Below are positions 11,911 to 20,213 of a stretch of 64,000 nucleotides of DNA, piece by piece. Position 1 is the stretch's first letter, and each line of letters opens with the position of its first letter. The translations under genes and the position numbers were made by a program. The notes under the pieces are model-generated. The model saw only the letters and a program-made list of their open reading frames with translations, ran no database searches and had not been told where the DNA came from. The DNA is from Alphaproteobacteria bacterium (GTDB taxonomy: Bacteria; Pseudomonadota; Alphaproteobacteria; RF32; CAG-239): the NCBI GenBank assembly GCA_017546315.1, contig JAFYXH010000012.1, positions 7,617-71,616 of the forward strand. The letters run 5' to 3'.

Positions 11911-12846
11911 TTAGCCTATTGTTGCGAATATATTATCTTCTTCTTTATGGTTTACAGCTCTTAAATCAAATAAATTTAAAAATGATGTACAAACATAAAT
12001 TGAAGAATATGTTCCAATGATTAAGCCGGCGAAAATTGTAAATGCAAAACTACTTAAAGCATCTCCTCCCCACAAATATAATGGAACAACAGCAAAAAGA
12101 GTTGTTACACCTGTTAAGATTGTGCGAGAAAAAATGTCATTGATGCTCTTGTTTAAGAGTTCAACTTGAGGCATTTTACGATATTTTTTCAAATTTTCAC
12201 GAATACGGTCGTATGTTACCACTGTATCGTTAATTGAATATCCTACTAAGGTTAGAATTGCAGCAACTGTTGTTAAGCTAAAATCAAAACGAAAATATGA
12301 TAACAAGCCTAATGTTATGATAATATCGTGAAATAAACCAACTAATGCGCCTAATGCAAATTGCCACTCAAAACGAACCCAGATATAAATAGCGATTGCA
12401 ATCATTGCTAAAACAGATGCAACTACACCTGCTGTTTTTAGCTCGTCGCCAACTTGTGGACCAACGCTATCTACACGGCGATATTCATAACCGTTTCCGA
12501 GAATATTTTTTATATCAACAATAACTTTTTCCTGAGCTTCTTCTGTTGCATTTTCTGCTTGAGCTCTAATCATCAACTCATCACCTTCGGTGCCGAGTGT
12601 TTGTAGATTTAATTCATCTAATTTTAGAACACTTAATTGAGAACGAAGTTGCTCTACATTGATTGCTTTTTCTGATTTGATTTCAATTAAAACACCTCCA
12701 GAAAAATCTATACCAAAGTTGAACCCTTTGTAATACATACTCAAGAAAGATAACACTACTAAAACTGCAGAAAGAATATATGTAAAAACACGTGCTTTCA
12801 TAAAGTTGATATGTGTGTCTTTTGTTATACATTTTAATATTGTCAT
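11911..12846 (-). CDS. secF: protein translocase subunit SecF
   Basis: GIDFSGG, six TM segments, VGYSINDTVVTYDRIREN motif. Adjacent to secD. Confidence 0.9.
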   Translation of the reverse strand: MTILKCITKDTHINFMKARVFTYILSAVLVVLSFLSMYYKGFNFGIDFSGGVLIEIKSEKAINVEQLRSQLSVLKLDELNLQTLGTEGDELMIRAQAENATEEAQEKVIVDIKNILGNGYEYRRVDSVGPQVGDELKTAGVVASVLAMIAIAIYIWVRFEWQFALGALVGLFHDIIITLGLLSYFRFDFSLTTVAAILTLVGYSINDTVVTYDRIRENLKKYRKMPQVELLNKSINDIFSRTILTGVTTLFAVVPLYLWGGDALSSFAFTIFAGLIIGTYSSIYVCTSFLNLFDLRAVNHKEEDNIFATIG

Positions 12847-12867
12847 ATTTGTTCATCCTTTATCTTA

Positions 12868-14412
12868 TTATATTGGTAATGCTTTTGGTTTGTATTTGTT
12901 ATACCATGCAGTAATGAATAAACGAGTTACAGTTACAGAGGTAAATAAAGATGTAACAATACCGATTGTTAATGTTACGGCAAAACCACGAACTGGACCA
13001 CTACCAAAATAGAACAATACTGCTGCTGCAATCAATGTGGTTAAGTTAGAGTCAAAAATTGTTCCCCATGCAATTGTGAAACCTGTTTCTATTGCATCTC
13101 TTATTGAGCGTCCTGCTTTTACCTCTTCACGCATACGTTCAAAAATTAAAACGTTTGCATCTACAGCCATACCAATTGTTAAGATGATACCGGCAATACC
13201 AGGAAGAGTTAATGTTGCACCCATAAGACTTAGAGCTCCTAGCATCAAGAAAAGGTTTAAGAAAACTGTGATGGTTGTAAACAAACCAAATAAACCATAA
13301 GCAACTAATAAGAAGATTACTACACCGATAAAACCAATGATAGAAGCTTCTACACCAGCTTTAATAGAATCTGTTCCCAATCCTGCACCAACTGTTCTTT
13401 CTTCTAGGATGTTAAGTGGAGCAGGTAAAGCACCTGAACGAAGCAATAACGCTAATTCTTGTGCTGTTTCTGCGGTGTAATTACCTGTTATTACACCTGA
13501 ACCACCTGTGATTGCTGATTGAATTGTTGGAGCTGAGATAACTTCATTATCTAAAACGATAGCAAGTTGTTCACCAATGTTGTTTTTGGTTACTTCACCG
13601 AACTTTTTAGCACCTAAATTGTTAAACTTAAAGCTTACGGCTGGATCACCATCTTGGAAAGATACTGAAGCGTCTGTTAAAGTTTCACCACCAACAGCTG
13701 GCTTTTTAACAATAACATATTGCTCGCCGAGAGTTCCTCGAATGATACGAGAAGATGTTTTTAATTTACCACGTCTTGCTTCTGTAGGTGTTGTTGTGCT
13801 ATCTACTAGGTGGAAACTCATTTTTGCTGTTTTACCAATAAGAGCTTTTACTTCTTCTGGATTTTGAACACCTGGTAATTGAACTAAAATACGTCCTGCA
13901 CCTTGACTTTGAATACTTGGTTCATTTGTACCATATTCATCAATACGTTTGCGAACAATTTCAATTGATTGATCAACGAGCTTTAATTTTATTTCATTTA
14001 ATGCAGGTTCATCATACATAACAACAAGAGTATCACCTTCTTCTGTCACTTTGAGACCATCATCCATTTTTCTTAATGGCGCAAGAGCTTTTGCACGATT
14101 GTTTGGATTGTCTATCTTTACACGTAAACCATCTTCTGTCGAACTAATTGATTGATAACGAATTTTTGTTTCTTTAAGAGCTGAACGAGCTGAATCTTCA
14201 AGATTTTCCATTCTATCTCTTAGGGCTGCTTTGGTATCAACCGCTAACAAAAGACTAGATCCTCCTTGTAAATCAAGACCCAAATTTACAGGTTGCCACC
14301 AAGAAGGAAGGTTTGTTTTGGCATCTTTTACAAAATTTGGCACAGAATAGAAAATGCCTAATGCGCAAATTGCCAAAATCATTATTACTCTTTTTAATGA
14401 TAATTTATACAT
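12868..14412 (-). CDS. secD: protein translocase subunit SecD
   Basis: LGLDLQGG, large periplasmic domain, C-terminal TM bundle with GMAVDANVLIFERMREE. Confidence 0.9.
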   Translation of the reverse strand: MYKLSLKRVIMILAICALGIFYSVPNFVKDAKTNLPSWWQPVNLGLDLQGGSSLLLAVDTKAALRDRMENLEDSARSALKETKIRYQSISSTEDGLRVKIDNPNNRAKALAPLRKMDDGLKVTEEGDTLVVMYDEPALNEIKLKLVDQSIEIVRKRIDEYGTNEPSIQSQGAGRILVQLPGVQNPEEVKALIGKTAKMSFHLVDSTTTPTEARRGKLKTSSRIIRGTLGEQYVIVKKPAVGGETLTDASVSFQDGDPAVSFKFNNLGAKKFGEVTKNNIGEQLAIVLDNEVISAPTIQSAITGGSGVITGNYTAETAQELALLLRSGALPAPLNILEERTVGAGLGTDSIKAGVEASIIGFIGVVIFLLVAYGLFGLFTTITVFLNLFLMLGALSLMGATLTLPGIAGIILTIGMAVDANVLIFERMREEVKAGRSIRDAIETGFTIAWGTIFDSNLTTLIAAAVLFYFGSGPVRGFAVTLTIGIVTSLFTSVTVTRLFITAWYNKYKPKALPI

Positions 14413-14431
14413 TATGTTTCTCTCTATAATT

Positions 14432-14788
14432 TTAACTTATCTTTTTTTCTGTTGATGTTTGTGTTTTAGAAACTACTTCTCTTACACTTGAACGCAAAAC
14501 TTTAATTTCTACACCTTTTGAAATTTCTACAGTTAGGGTATCTTTATCAGCTTTTATAACACGCCCATAAACACCGCCACCTGTTATAAGTTCATCTTTT
14601 GGTTGGATTGCGTTTAGCATATCCTCATGTTCCTTCATTTTCTTTTGCTGAGGACGAATGATGATAAAGTAAAAAATCGCAAACACCAAAAACATCTGAA
14701 TTAAAAATCCAGAGAAAGGCGTTTGCCCTGCCGCAGCATGCTGAGCTGTTGAGGCAAAAGCTTCTGATATAAACATACTTTTCTCCAT
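14432..14788 (-). CDS. yajC: preprotein translocase subunit YajC
   Basis: Single TM followed by RPQQKKMKEHEDMLNAI..GDELITGGGVYGRV. The second ATG at 14776, preceded by GGAGA, may be the true start. Confidence 0.85.
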   Translation of the reverse strand: MEKSMFISEAFASTAQHAAAGQTPFSGFLIQMFLVFAIFYFIIIRPQQKKMKEHEDMLNAIQPKDELITGGGVYGRVIKADKDTLTVEISKGVEIKVLRSSVREVVSKTQTSTEKKIS

Positions 14789-14875
14789 TAAAATTTAGTT
14801 TCGTGGCGTAATTTTAGCTCAACAAAATTAGATAAACAACCTAAAAGACAAAGATTTACAACGAAAATTTGATGT

Positions 14876-15817
14876 TTATGGAAGATATTGACGGGGATTT
14901 ACAGCTCTTTTGCCAGCTCTAACTTCAAAATGCAGTTGAGGGGTATTTACACTACCGGTTTTTCCCACGGTTGCTATCTTTTCTCCCCTTAGAACTGTTT
15001 GACCTTTTTTGACATATATTTTATCTGCATGAGCATAGGCGGTAATATAGCCATCTGAATGTTTTATCAAAACTAAATTACCAAAACCTTTTAGCTCATT
15101 TCCAGCGTAAGCCACTACTCCCTTGTCGGCGGCTTTGATATTTGTTCCTAGGGCGGCTTTGATGTTTATACCATCATTTTTTCTACCTTTACCGACAAAG
15201 CCAAAATTTGAAACAACAGAACCGTTTACAGGCCAAACAAACTTTGTTTTGCGATATGTTGAAACGTTTTTGCGTTTTGCGCTTGATGAGGCTTGCTTGG
15301 TATTTTTTGACACTGCTGATTTGGTTTTGTTTTGTGCTGATGCTACTTTTTTAGATGAGATTTTCGAGGTTGAAAATCTTGAACTTCCACCGCCTGATGA
15401 TGCTTGTTTGATGTTTTCTACGCTACTTGGTAATTCTAGAATCTGCCCTACATTTAGTGAATATGGAGCGTCTAAGCTATTTAGCTTACTTATGGCTGAT
15501 ATATTGACATTATATTTTTGTGAAATTCCGTATAATGTTTCACCTTTTTGAACAACATGTTTTTGTGTGGTTGGCAAATACAATACTTGGCCAATATTTA
15601 ATGAATAGGGGGCTTGTAAGTTATTTTTTTCGATTATACCATTGAGAGAAACCTTATAGCGCTGAGAAAGTTTATATAGGGTATCACCTTTTTGAACTAC
15701 AACACTTTGGGGTGTATAGTTAAAGCCATAACTATCGTACAAAGGAATCCCTCCACTTATGGCATAGCATCCAGTAAGTAGTGGTAGCATAAGAAATACT
15801 ATCAGCGACTTTTTCAT
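14876..15817 (-). CDS. nlpD: LysM-domain M23 metallopeptidase lipoprotein (NlpD-like)
   Basis: Lipobox LLTGC, two LysM repeats (VVQKGDTLYKLSQRY / VVQKGETLYGISQKY), an S/K-rich linker and an M23 domain (HSDGYITAYAH, PQLHFEVR). The likely start is MKKSLIV at 15817; the track start is 15841. Confidence 0.85.
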   Translation of the reverse strand: MKKSLIVFLMLPLLTGCYAISGGIPLYDSYGFNYTPQSVVVQKGDTLYKLSQRYKVSLNGIIEKNNLQAPYSLNIGQVLYLPTTQKHVVQKGETLYGISQKYNVNISAISKLNSLDAPYSLNVGQILELPSSVENIKQASSGGGSSRFSTSKISSKKVASAQNKTKSAVSKNTKQASSSAKRKNVSTYRKTKFVWPVNGSVVSNFGFVGKGRKNDGINIKAALGTNIKAADKGVVAYAGNELKGFGNLVLIKHSDGYITAYAHADKIYVKKGQTVLRGEKIATVGKTGSVNTPQLHFEVRAGKRAVNPRQYLP

Positions 15818-15952
15818 TTTTTTATTCCTTTGTTGTAGCATATTTTTATCACTAAATACCTAAATATTCGTTAAAACTATTGATTTAGTTGCTTGATTTT
15901 TATATTTGCTTATTCTATAAAAAATATGTTTTATGATTAAGGATAAGGAACA

Positions 15953-17398
15953 ATGGCAACAAAACCTGAAATTAAAGATGAGAGCGGAGAAAATTACAAA
16001 TTTGGTTTTGTAACTGATATAGAAACCGAGATTATCCCAAAAGGATTAAATGAGGATATTATTAGGCTTATTTCTCAGAAAAAAGAAGAGCCTGAGTGGC
16101 TATTGGAATCTAGGTTGAAAGCATATCGCAAGTGGCTAACTATGGTTGAGCCTACTTGGGCAAAAGTTTCTTATGATAAGATAGATTATCAAGATTTATT
16201 TTATTATTCTGCTCCTAAGCAAAAGATTACCCCTCAGAGTTTGGATGAGGTGGATCCTAAATTGCTTGAAACATATAATAAACTTGGTATTCCATTAAAA
16301 GAGCAAGAAGTTTTGGCTGGGGTTGTTGCTGTTGATGCGGTGTTTGATAGTGTGTCTGTCGCGACAACTTATAAAGCTCAACTAAAAAAGCAAGGAATTA
16401 TATTTTGTTCTATATCTGAGGCGGTGAAAGAATATCCAAGTTTAGTCAAAAAATATTTAGGTTCAGTTGTTCCTTATACTGATAATTTTTTTGCTGCACT
16501 TAATTCTGCGGTGTTTACAGATGGTAGTTTTGTGTATATTCCTAAAGGGGTAAAATGCCCGATGGAATTATCTACTTATTTTCGTATAAATGCAAAGAAT
16601 ACAGGGCAATTTGAAAGAACTCTTATTGTGGCAGATGAGGGGAGTTATGTATCTTATCTTGAGGGGTGCACTGCTCCACAAAGAGATGAAAATCAGCTCC
16701 ATGCGGCTATTGTTGAGATTTTTGTTCATAAAGATGCCGAAGTTAAGTATTCTACTGTTCAAAACTGGTATCCTGGGGACAAGGATGGAAAGGGTGGAGT
16801 TTATAACTTTGTTACCAAACGTGCTTTATGTGATGGTGAAAACTCAAAAGTTTCTTGGACACAAGTTGAAACAGGGTCTGCGGTTACCTGGAAATACCCA
16901 TCTTGTGTGCTTAAAGGGGATGGGGCTAAAGGAGAGTTCTATTCTGTGGCATTGACCAACAACTATCAACAAGCAGATACTGGAACTAAGATGATCCATT
17001 TGGGTAAAAATACTAGTTCTAGAATTATATCTAAGGGTATTTCTGCCGGATTTTCTGACCAAACTTATAGAGGACTTGTTAAAGTTTCTAAAAATGCAAG
17101 TGGGGCTCGCAATTATTCTCAATGTGATAGTTTGTTGATTGGTAGGACTTGTGGTTCTCACACTGTGCCTTATATTGAAAATGCTTCTAAATCTGCAATT
17201 TTGGAGCACGAGGCTACAACATCTAAGATTAGTGATGAGCAATTGTTTTATTGCAAGCAAAGAGGTATGAGCGAAGAAGATGCTGTGGGATTGATTGTTA
17301 ATGGATTTTGCAAAGAAGTTATGCAAAAATTGCCAATGGAATTTGCTATTGAGGCAACTAAATTGATAGAGATTTCGTTAGAGGGAAGTGTTGGATAG
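15953..17398 (+). CDS. sufB: Fe-S cluster assembly scaffold SufB
   Basis: 481 aa with near-canonical SufB sequence ([40 protein letters not shown]). Confidence 0.95.
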   Translation: MATKPEIKDESGENYKFGFVTDIETEIIPKGLNEDIIRLISQKKEEPEWLLESRLKAYRKWLTMVEPTWAKVSYDKIDYQDLFYYSAPKQKITPQSLDEVDPKLLETYNKLGIPLKEQEVLAGVVAVDAVFDSVSVATTYKAQLKKQGIIFCSISEAVKEYPSLVKKYLGSVVPYTDNFFAALNSAVFTDGSFVYIPKGVKCPMELSTYFRINAKNTGQFERTLIVADEGSYVSYLEGCTAPQRDENQLHAAIVEIFVHKDAEVKYSTVQNWYPGDKDGKGGVYNFVTKRALCDGENSKVSWTQVETGSAVTWKYPSCVLKGDGAKGEFYSVALTNNYQQADTGTKMIHLGKNTSSRIISKGISAGFSDQTYRGLVKVSKNASGARNYSQCDSLLIGRTCGSHTVPYIENASKSAILEHEATTSKISDEQLFYCKQRGMSEEDAVGLIVNGFCKEVMQKLPMEFAIEATKLIEISLEGSVG

Positions 17399-17404
17399 AT
17401 TGGA

Positions 17405-17701
17405 CTATCTATACCTATAATATTGATTGCTTATGTTTTGAGCAGGGCGACTTTGGTAATTATTTTTTTTGCATACATAAACTAGATTTCTTGCTCCTAC
17501 CCATTCGCTAGATACTTTATCTTTTACATCAAAACCAAATGGACAATCTTCTTTGGCTTTCATATAACAATCACCAAGGCTTAATGCTGAGCCATTACAG
17601 CTTGCTTCGTATACTGTTTGTCCGTTTTCATCCATATATAGAACTCTTGAATATGCGCAAGATGTGACAAATAACAAAATTAAAACTATTGCCTTTTTCA
17701 T
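17405..17701 (-). CDS. small Cys-containing lipoprotein, family unknown (paralog A)
   Basis: Signal peptide with lipobox LFVTSC, four further Cys, C-terminal YYRYR. Strongly similar to the ORF at 18744-19055. Confidence 0.7.
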   Translation of the reverse strand: MKKAIVLILLFVTSCAYSRVLYMDENGQTVYEASCNGSALSLGDCYMKAKEDCPFGFDVKDKVSSEWVGARNLVYVCKKNNYQSRPAQNISNQYYRYR

Positions 17702-17726
17702 TTTATAACCTCTTTGATAAAAACAT

Positions 17727-17991
17727 AAAAAAATCGCCTTAAAGAGGCGATCGGAGAGTTAGAAAATCATGTTAGTAGAAATGACCGTTCAGGCCTTTAA
17801 AACTCGCAAAGGAGTTTCTGGACATACGCAAGAACCTCCCCGACCATTGTCGGGGATATATCTATTGATACCTAAAATTTATAGGTAGCAATATGACGAT
17901 ACTATATCCAGCACCGCGGTAAACAAAAGAGCTTTCTACGACTCCGAACCAACCTCTTGGTTCTAATATGGCAGATCTAGTCCGCCATACT
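17727..17991 (-). ncRNA. unclassified structured leader RNA (candidate riboswitch/attenuator), copy A
   Basis: Bounded by the promoter at 17998-18026 and the terminator ATCGCCT/AGGCGAT plus U7 at 17751-17727. Contains several hairpins conserved or compensated in copy B. Only 25 nt with an AGAGG SD separate it from the lipoprotein ATG. Confidence 0.6.
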
Positions 17992-17997
17992 CACTCT

Positions 17998-18026
17998 AGT
18001 TTAGCAAAATCGTCAACATTAGTCAA
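17998..18026 (-). promoter_or_regulatory. sigma70-like promoter of leader RNA A
   Basis: TTGACT, 17 nt, TAAACT on the minus strand. Copy B has the same -35 and spacing. Confidence 0.5.
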
Positions 18027-18148
18027 GAGTATTATTTTTTGTTAGCATTAACCTAATAATGCTATAAAAATTTATGATGATTTTAATGATTGTGTTAGTA
18101 TTAAATTAAACGATTGTTTATGATGAGATAAAATTTTAATATTTTATA

Positions 18149-18176
18149 TTGACTAATAGACAAAATGATTTATTGT
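18149..18176 (+). promoter_or_regulatory. sigma70-like promoter of divergent ORF A
   Basis: TTGACT, 16 nt, TATTGT. The homologous copy B site is TTGACT, 16 nt, TATAAT. The two share TTGACTnATAGACAAAA. Confidence 0.5.
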
Positions 18177-18202
18177 ATAGGCAAAATAAATTTTTTTATA
18201 TT

Positions 18203-18685
18203 ATGATTATGGGAAAACAAAACACATCTGTTGGGCAAAATTCGCTCGACTTGGTTTCGGCAAAAGTTTCTAAACTTTTCAAGGGTGTTGAACTTTCAGT
18301 TAAGACTGAAGCGGTTGTTCACTATCTTTACAAAAGAAAAAATCTTCACTTTAGTTTGACTGAAGCGGAAGAAGAAGAACTCTTCTCTGTATTGAACAAA
18401 GTTCTTGAGCCGAAAGAGGCTTTTGTAATGCTTAGAGAATATATTGAGCAATATGGAGTTAAGTCTTCGGAAGCAAAGAAAATTTTTGCAAACTTGAAGC
18501 GCTCTTTTGAGGTTTCTCTCAACTTTAAGGAAGCAGAATTGATGGCTAACAGCGAAGAATTACCTGACTGTTTGACAACTTTTACGCCTCCGAGCAACAA
18601 TATGCCAGAAAACGCCATCGTTAGTGATGAAGAACTGCAAAGTATTGTAAAAGAAGTTGAAGCTGAAATTGAAAACAGCAACTAA
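18203..18685 (+). CDS. hypothetical acidic helical protein (paralog A of divergent ORF)
   Basis: ATG at 18203/18209; the track's TTG start at 18149 is the -35 box. The core EAVVHYLYKRKNLHFSLTEAEEEELFSVLNKVLEPKEAFVMLREYIEQYG aligns with 19507-20154. Confidence 0.6.
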   Translation: MIMGKQNTSVGQNSLDLVSAKVSKLFKGVELSVKTEAVVHYLYKRKNLHFSLTEAEEEELFSVLNKVLEPKEAFVMLREYIEQYGVKSSEAKKIFANLKRSFEVSLNFKEAELMANSEELPDCLTTFTPPSNNMPENAIVSDEELQSIVKEVEAEIENSN

Positions 18686-18714
18686 GTTCAGCTAATATTT
18701 TTGGCTTAAAGATT

Positions 18715-18745
18715 AAACGGATACATTAGATGTATCCGTTTTTTT
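18715..18745 (+). terminator. intrinsic terminator (11-bp stem, T7), shared 3' end with lipoprotein B
   Basis: AAACGGATACA-loop-TGTATCCGTTT followed by TTTTT. A homologous terminator follows ORF B. Confidence 0.85.
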
Positions 18746-19055
18746 ATTTATATCTGTAATATTGGGTGGGTTGATATTGGGGACTTGATGTTTGATATTG
18801 GGTGTTGAGTGTCCTGTTGTTTCTGCATGAATATATCAACTTTCTGGAGCCAACCCATTCACTTGCGACCTTATCTTTGACTTCAAAACCATTTGGACAG
18901 TCTTCTCTTGCCTTTTTATAACAATCACCAATACTTAAAACCTCACCATCACAACCTGCTTCATAAACCATTTGACCATATTCATCCATATATAAAGGTC
19001 TTGAATATGAACATGCAGTACATAATAGAACTGCTAATATTGATATTTTTTTCAT
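18744..19055 (-). CDS. small Cys-containing lipoprotein, family unknown (paralog B)
   Basis: Starts MKKISILAVLLCTAC (lipobox) at 19055. The track ORF extends to 19184, but only by reading through the terminator and leader RNA. Confidence 0.7.
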   Translation of the reverse strand: MKKISILAVLLCTACSYSRPLYMDEYGQMVYEAGCDGEVLSIGDCYKKAREDCPNGFEVKDKVASEWVGSRKLIYSCRNNRTLNTQYQTSSPQYQPTQYYRYK

Positions 19056-19079
19056 AACCCTCTCCTTGCATAAAAACAT

Positions 19080-19343
19080 AAAAAAATCGCCTAAAAGAGG
19101 CGATCGGAGAGTTAGAAAAATCACACACATAAGATGACCGTCCAAGCCTTTAAAACTCACAAAGGAGTTTCTGGACATACGCAAGAACCTCCCCGACCAT
19201 TGTCGGGGATATATTTATTGTTATCTAAAAATTACAGATAACAATATGACGATGTTATATCCGCACCGTATGTGTTTAAAAGAGCTTTCTACGACTCCGA
19301 ACCAACCTCTTGGTTCTAACATAGTTAATGTGTTAACTATGCT
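19080..19343 (-). ncRNA. unclassified structured leader RNA, copy B
   Basis: Same promoter, hairpin and terminator order as copy A. Long near-identical blocks, with compensatory substitutions in the variable stems. Confidence 0.6.
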
Positions 19344-19349
19344 TTTTCG

Positions 19350-19378
19350 AAGATAGCAGAATCATCAACATTAGTCAA
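19350..19378 (-). promoter_or_regulatory. sigma70-like promoter of leader RNA B
   Basis: TTGACT, 17 nt, TATCTT on the minus strand. Confidence 0.5.
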
Positions 19379-19441
19379 GAGCATTATTACATATAACAAA
19401 CGAGCAGAAATTTGAGAAAAACAAAAAATTTAACAAGTTTA

Positions 19442-19469
19442 TTGACTTATAGACAAAAAGTAATATAAT
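19442..19469 (+). promoter_or_regulatory. sigma70-like promoter of divergent ORF B
   Basis: TTGACT, 16 nt, TATAAT (consensus hexamers). Confidence 0.6.
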
Positions 19470-19506
19470 CGTGCTACAAAAATATAATTTATAAAATTTT
19501 TTACTT

Positions 19507-20154
19507 ATGAGAAAATTATTATTTATTATTCCTTGGTGGAATGATTGTATTTGTGAAAGGGTTGATTCTTTATTAAAGGAGCAAGACATTAGCCCTAGAA
19601 TTGAAGCTATTATCTTCTATATCTACAAAGAAAAGAGATTGCCTTTTGTGCCATCTAATTTAGAAGAAACGGAAGTTTTTGACGTTTTGGAAAGATGTAT
19701 TGGACCTAAGGAAACTATAAAGGTGTTAAATAATTATTTTCACAAGTGCGGTTTTCCATCTAATCATTCAGCTTTTTTGTTAAACAAGCTTGTTAATTCG
19801 TATAACATTTCTGTGGAAACTTTGGAGACATTTAATGCTCTGAAGGATGCAAAAGATTCTACTGTTGATGAGTGTACTTTGGACTATATTGATAGAAAAG
19901 AGCAAGAACTTGTCTGTAATATTAAGTATTATCTGAAGTGTCAAAAAAACAAGTATGGTAAAAGGGCTCTTTGCGAAATTGAAAAGGACGTTTGGCTTGA
20001 CATTAGATGTCTTTGGGATGTGGTCGATAGTAGCAAAAATGAAGTTGAGTTTTTTAAGATTAAGAAACTTTTTAATGTTCTAAAGAAGGCTGTTAGCAAT
20101 GGTGAAAATAACATTCATCATGTTATCATGGATTTTATCGAACCCAAAAGATGA
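19507..20154 (+). CDS. hypothetical protein (paralog B of divergent ORF)
   Basis: The core EAIIFYIYKEKRLPFVPSNLEETEVFDVLERCIGPKETIKVLNNYFHKCG aligns with ORF A (about one third identical by hand alignment). The C-terminal half is unique. Confidence 0.55.
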   Translation: MRKLLFIIPWWNDCICERVDSLLKEQDISPRIEAIIFYIYKEKRLPFVPSNLEETEVFDVLERCIGPKETIKVLNNYFHKCGFPSNHSAFLLNKLVNSYNISVETLETFNALKDAKDSTVDECTLDYIDRKEQELVCNIKYYLKCQKNKYGKRALCEIEKDVWLDIRCLWDVVDSSKNEVEFFKIKKLFNVLKKAVSNGENNIHHVIMDFIEPKR

Positions 20155-20172
20155 AAATGCTCTAAACACAAA

Positions 20173-20203
20173 AAACGGATACTTAAACAGTATCCGTTTT
20201 TTA
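20173..20203 (+). terminator. intrinsic terminator
   Basis: ACGGATAC-loop-GTATCCGT followed by TTTTTT. Homologous to the terminator at 18715. Confidence 0.85.
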
Positions 20204-20213
20204 TTTGAAATGT

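Larger units (their letters stand above)
17405..18745. repeat. tandem duplication unit A (lipoprotein - leader RNA - divergent ORF - terminator)
   Basis: Every component has a counterpart in the same order and orientation in 18744-20203. Confidence 0.75.
18744..20203. repeat. tandem duplication unit B
   Basis: See unit A. Confidence 0.75.

Noticed and set aside
17797-17847. A 16-codon ORF (MVGEVLAYVQKLLCEF) inside the leader RNA, present in both copies with the single difference synonymous (TGC/TGT).
   Set aside because: Its ATG sits in the tetraloop of the CCCCGAC/GTCGGGG hairpin and has no SD. One synonymous change is too little evidence, and conservation is equally well explained by RNA structure. 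A leader-peptide role cannot be fully excluded.
17908-17921. UACCGCGGUG on the minus strand, reminiscent of the T-box core (GGUGGUACCGCG).
   Set aside because: The order of elements is wrong and there is no specifier loop or stem I features. The segment is not conserved in copy B, and the downstream gene is not an aminoacyl-tRNA related gene.
17939-17950. GGTTCGGAGTCG resembling a tRNA/tmRNA T-arm, raising the idea of a two-piece alphaproteobacterial tmRNA.
   Set aside because: The GGTTC forms the 3' half of the GAACCAA/TTGGTTC hairpin rather than a T-arm. There is no acceptor stem or CCA and no tag reading frame. There are two copies, each tied to a lipoprotein gene.
18149-18202. TTG start codon of the 178-aa ORF.
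   Set aside because: The TTG is the first half of a TTGACT -35 hexamer conserved with copy B (19442). ATG 18203/18209 is downstream of the predicted TSS.
19056-19184. N-terminal 43-codon extension of lipoprotein B in the ORF track (TTG start at 19184).
   Set aside because: The extension reads through the intrinsic terminator and half of the conserved RNA. Copy A has no equivalent open frame. The lipobox signal peptide begins at Met 19055, which has an upstream SD.
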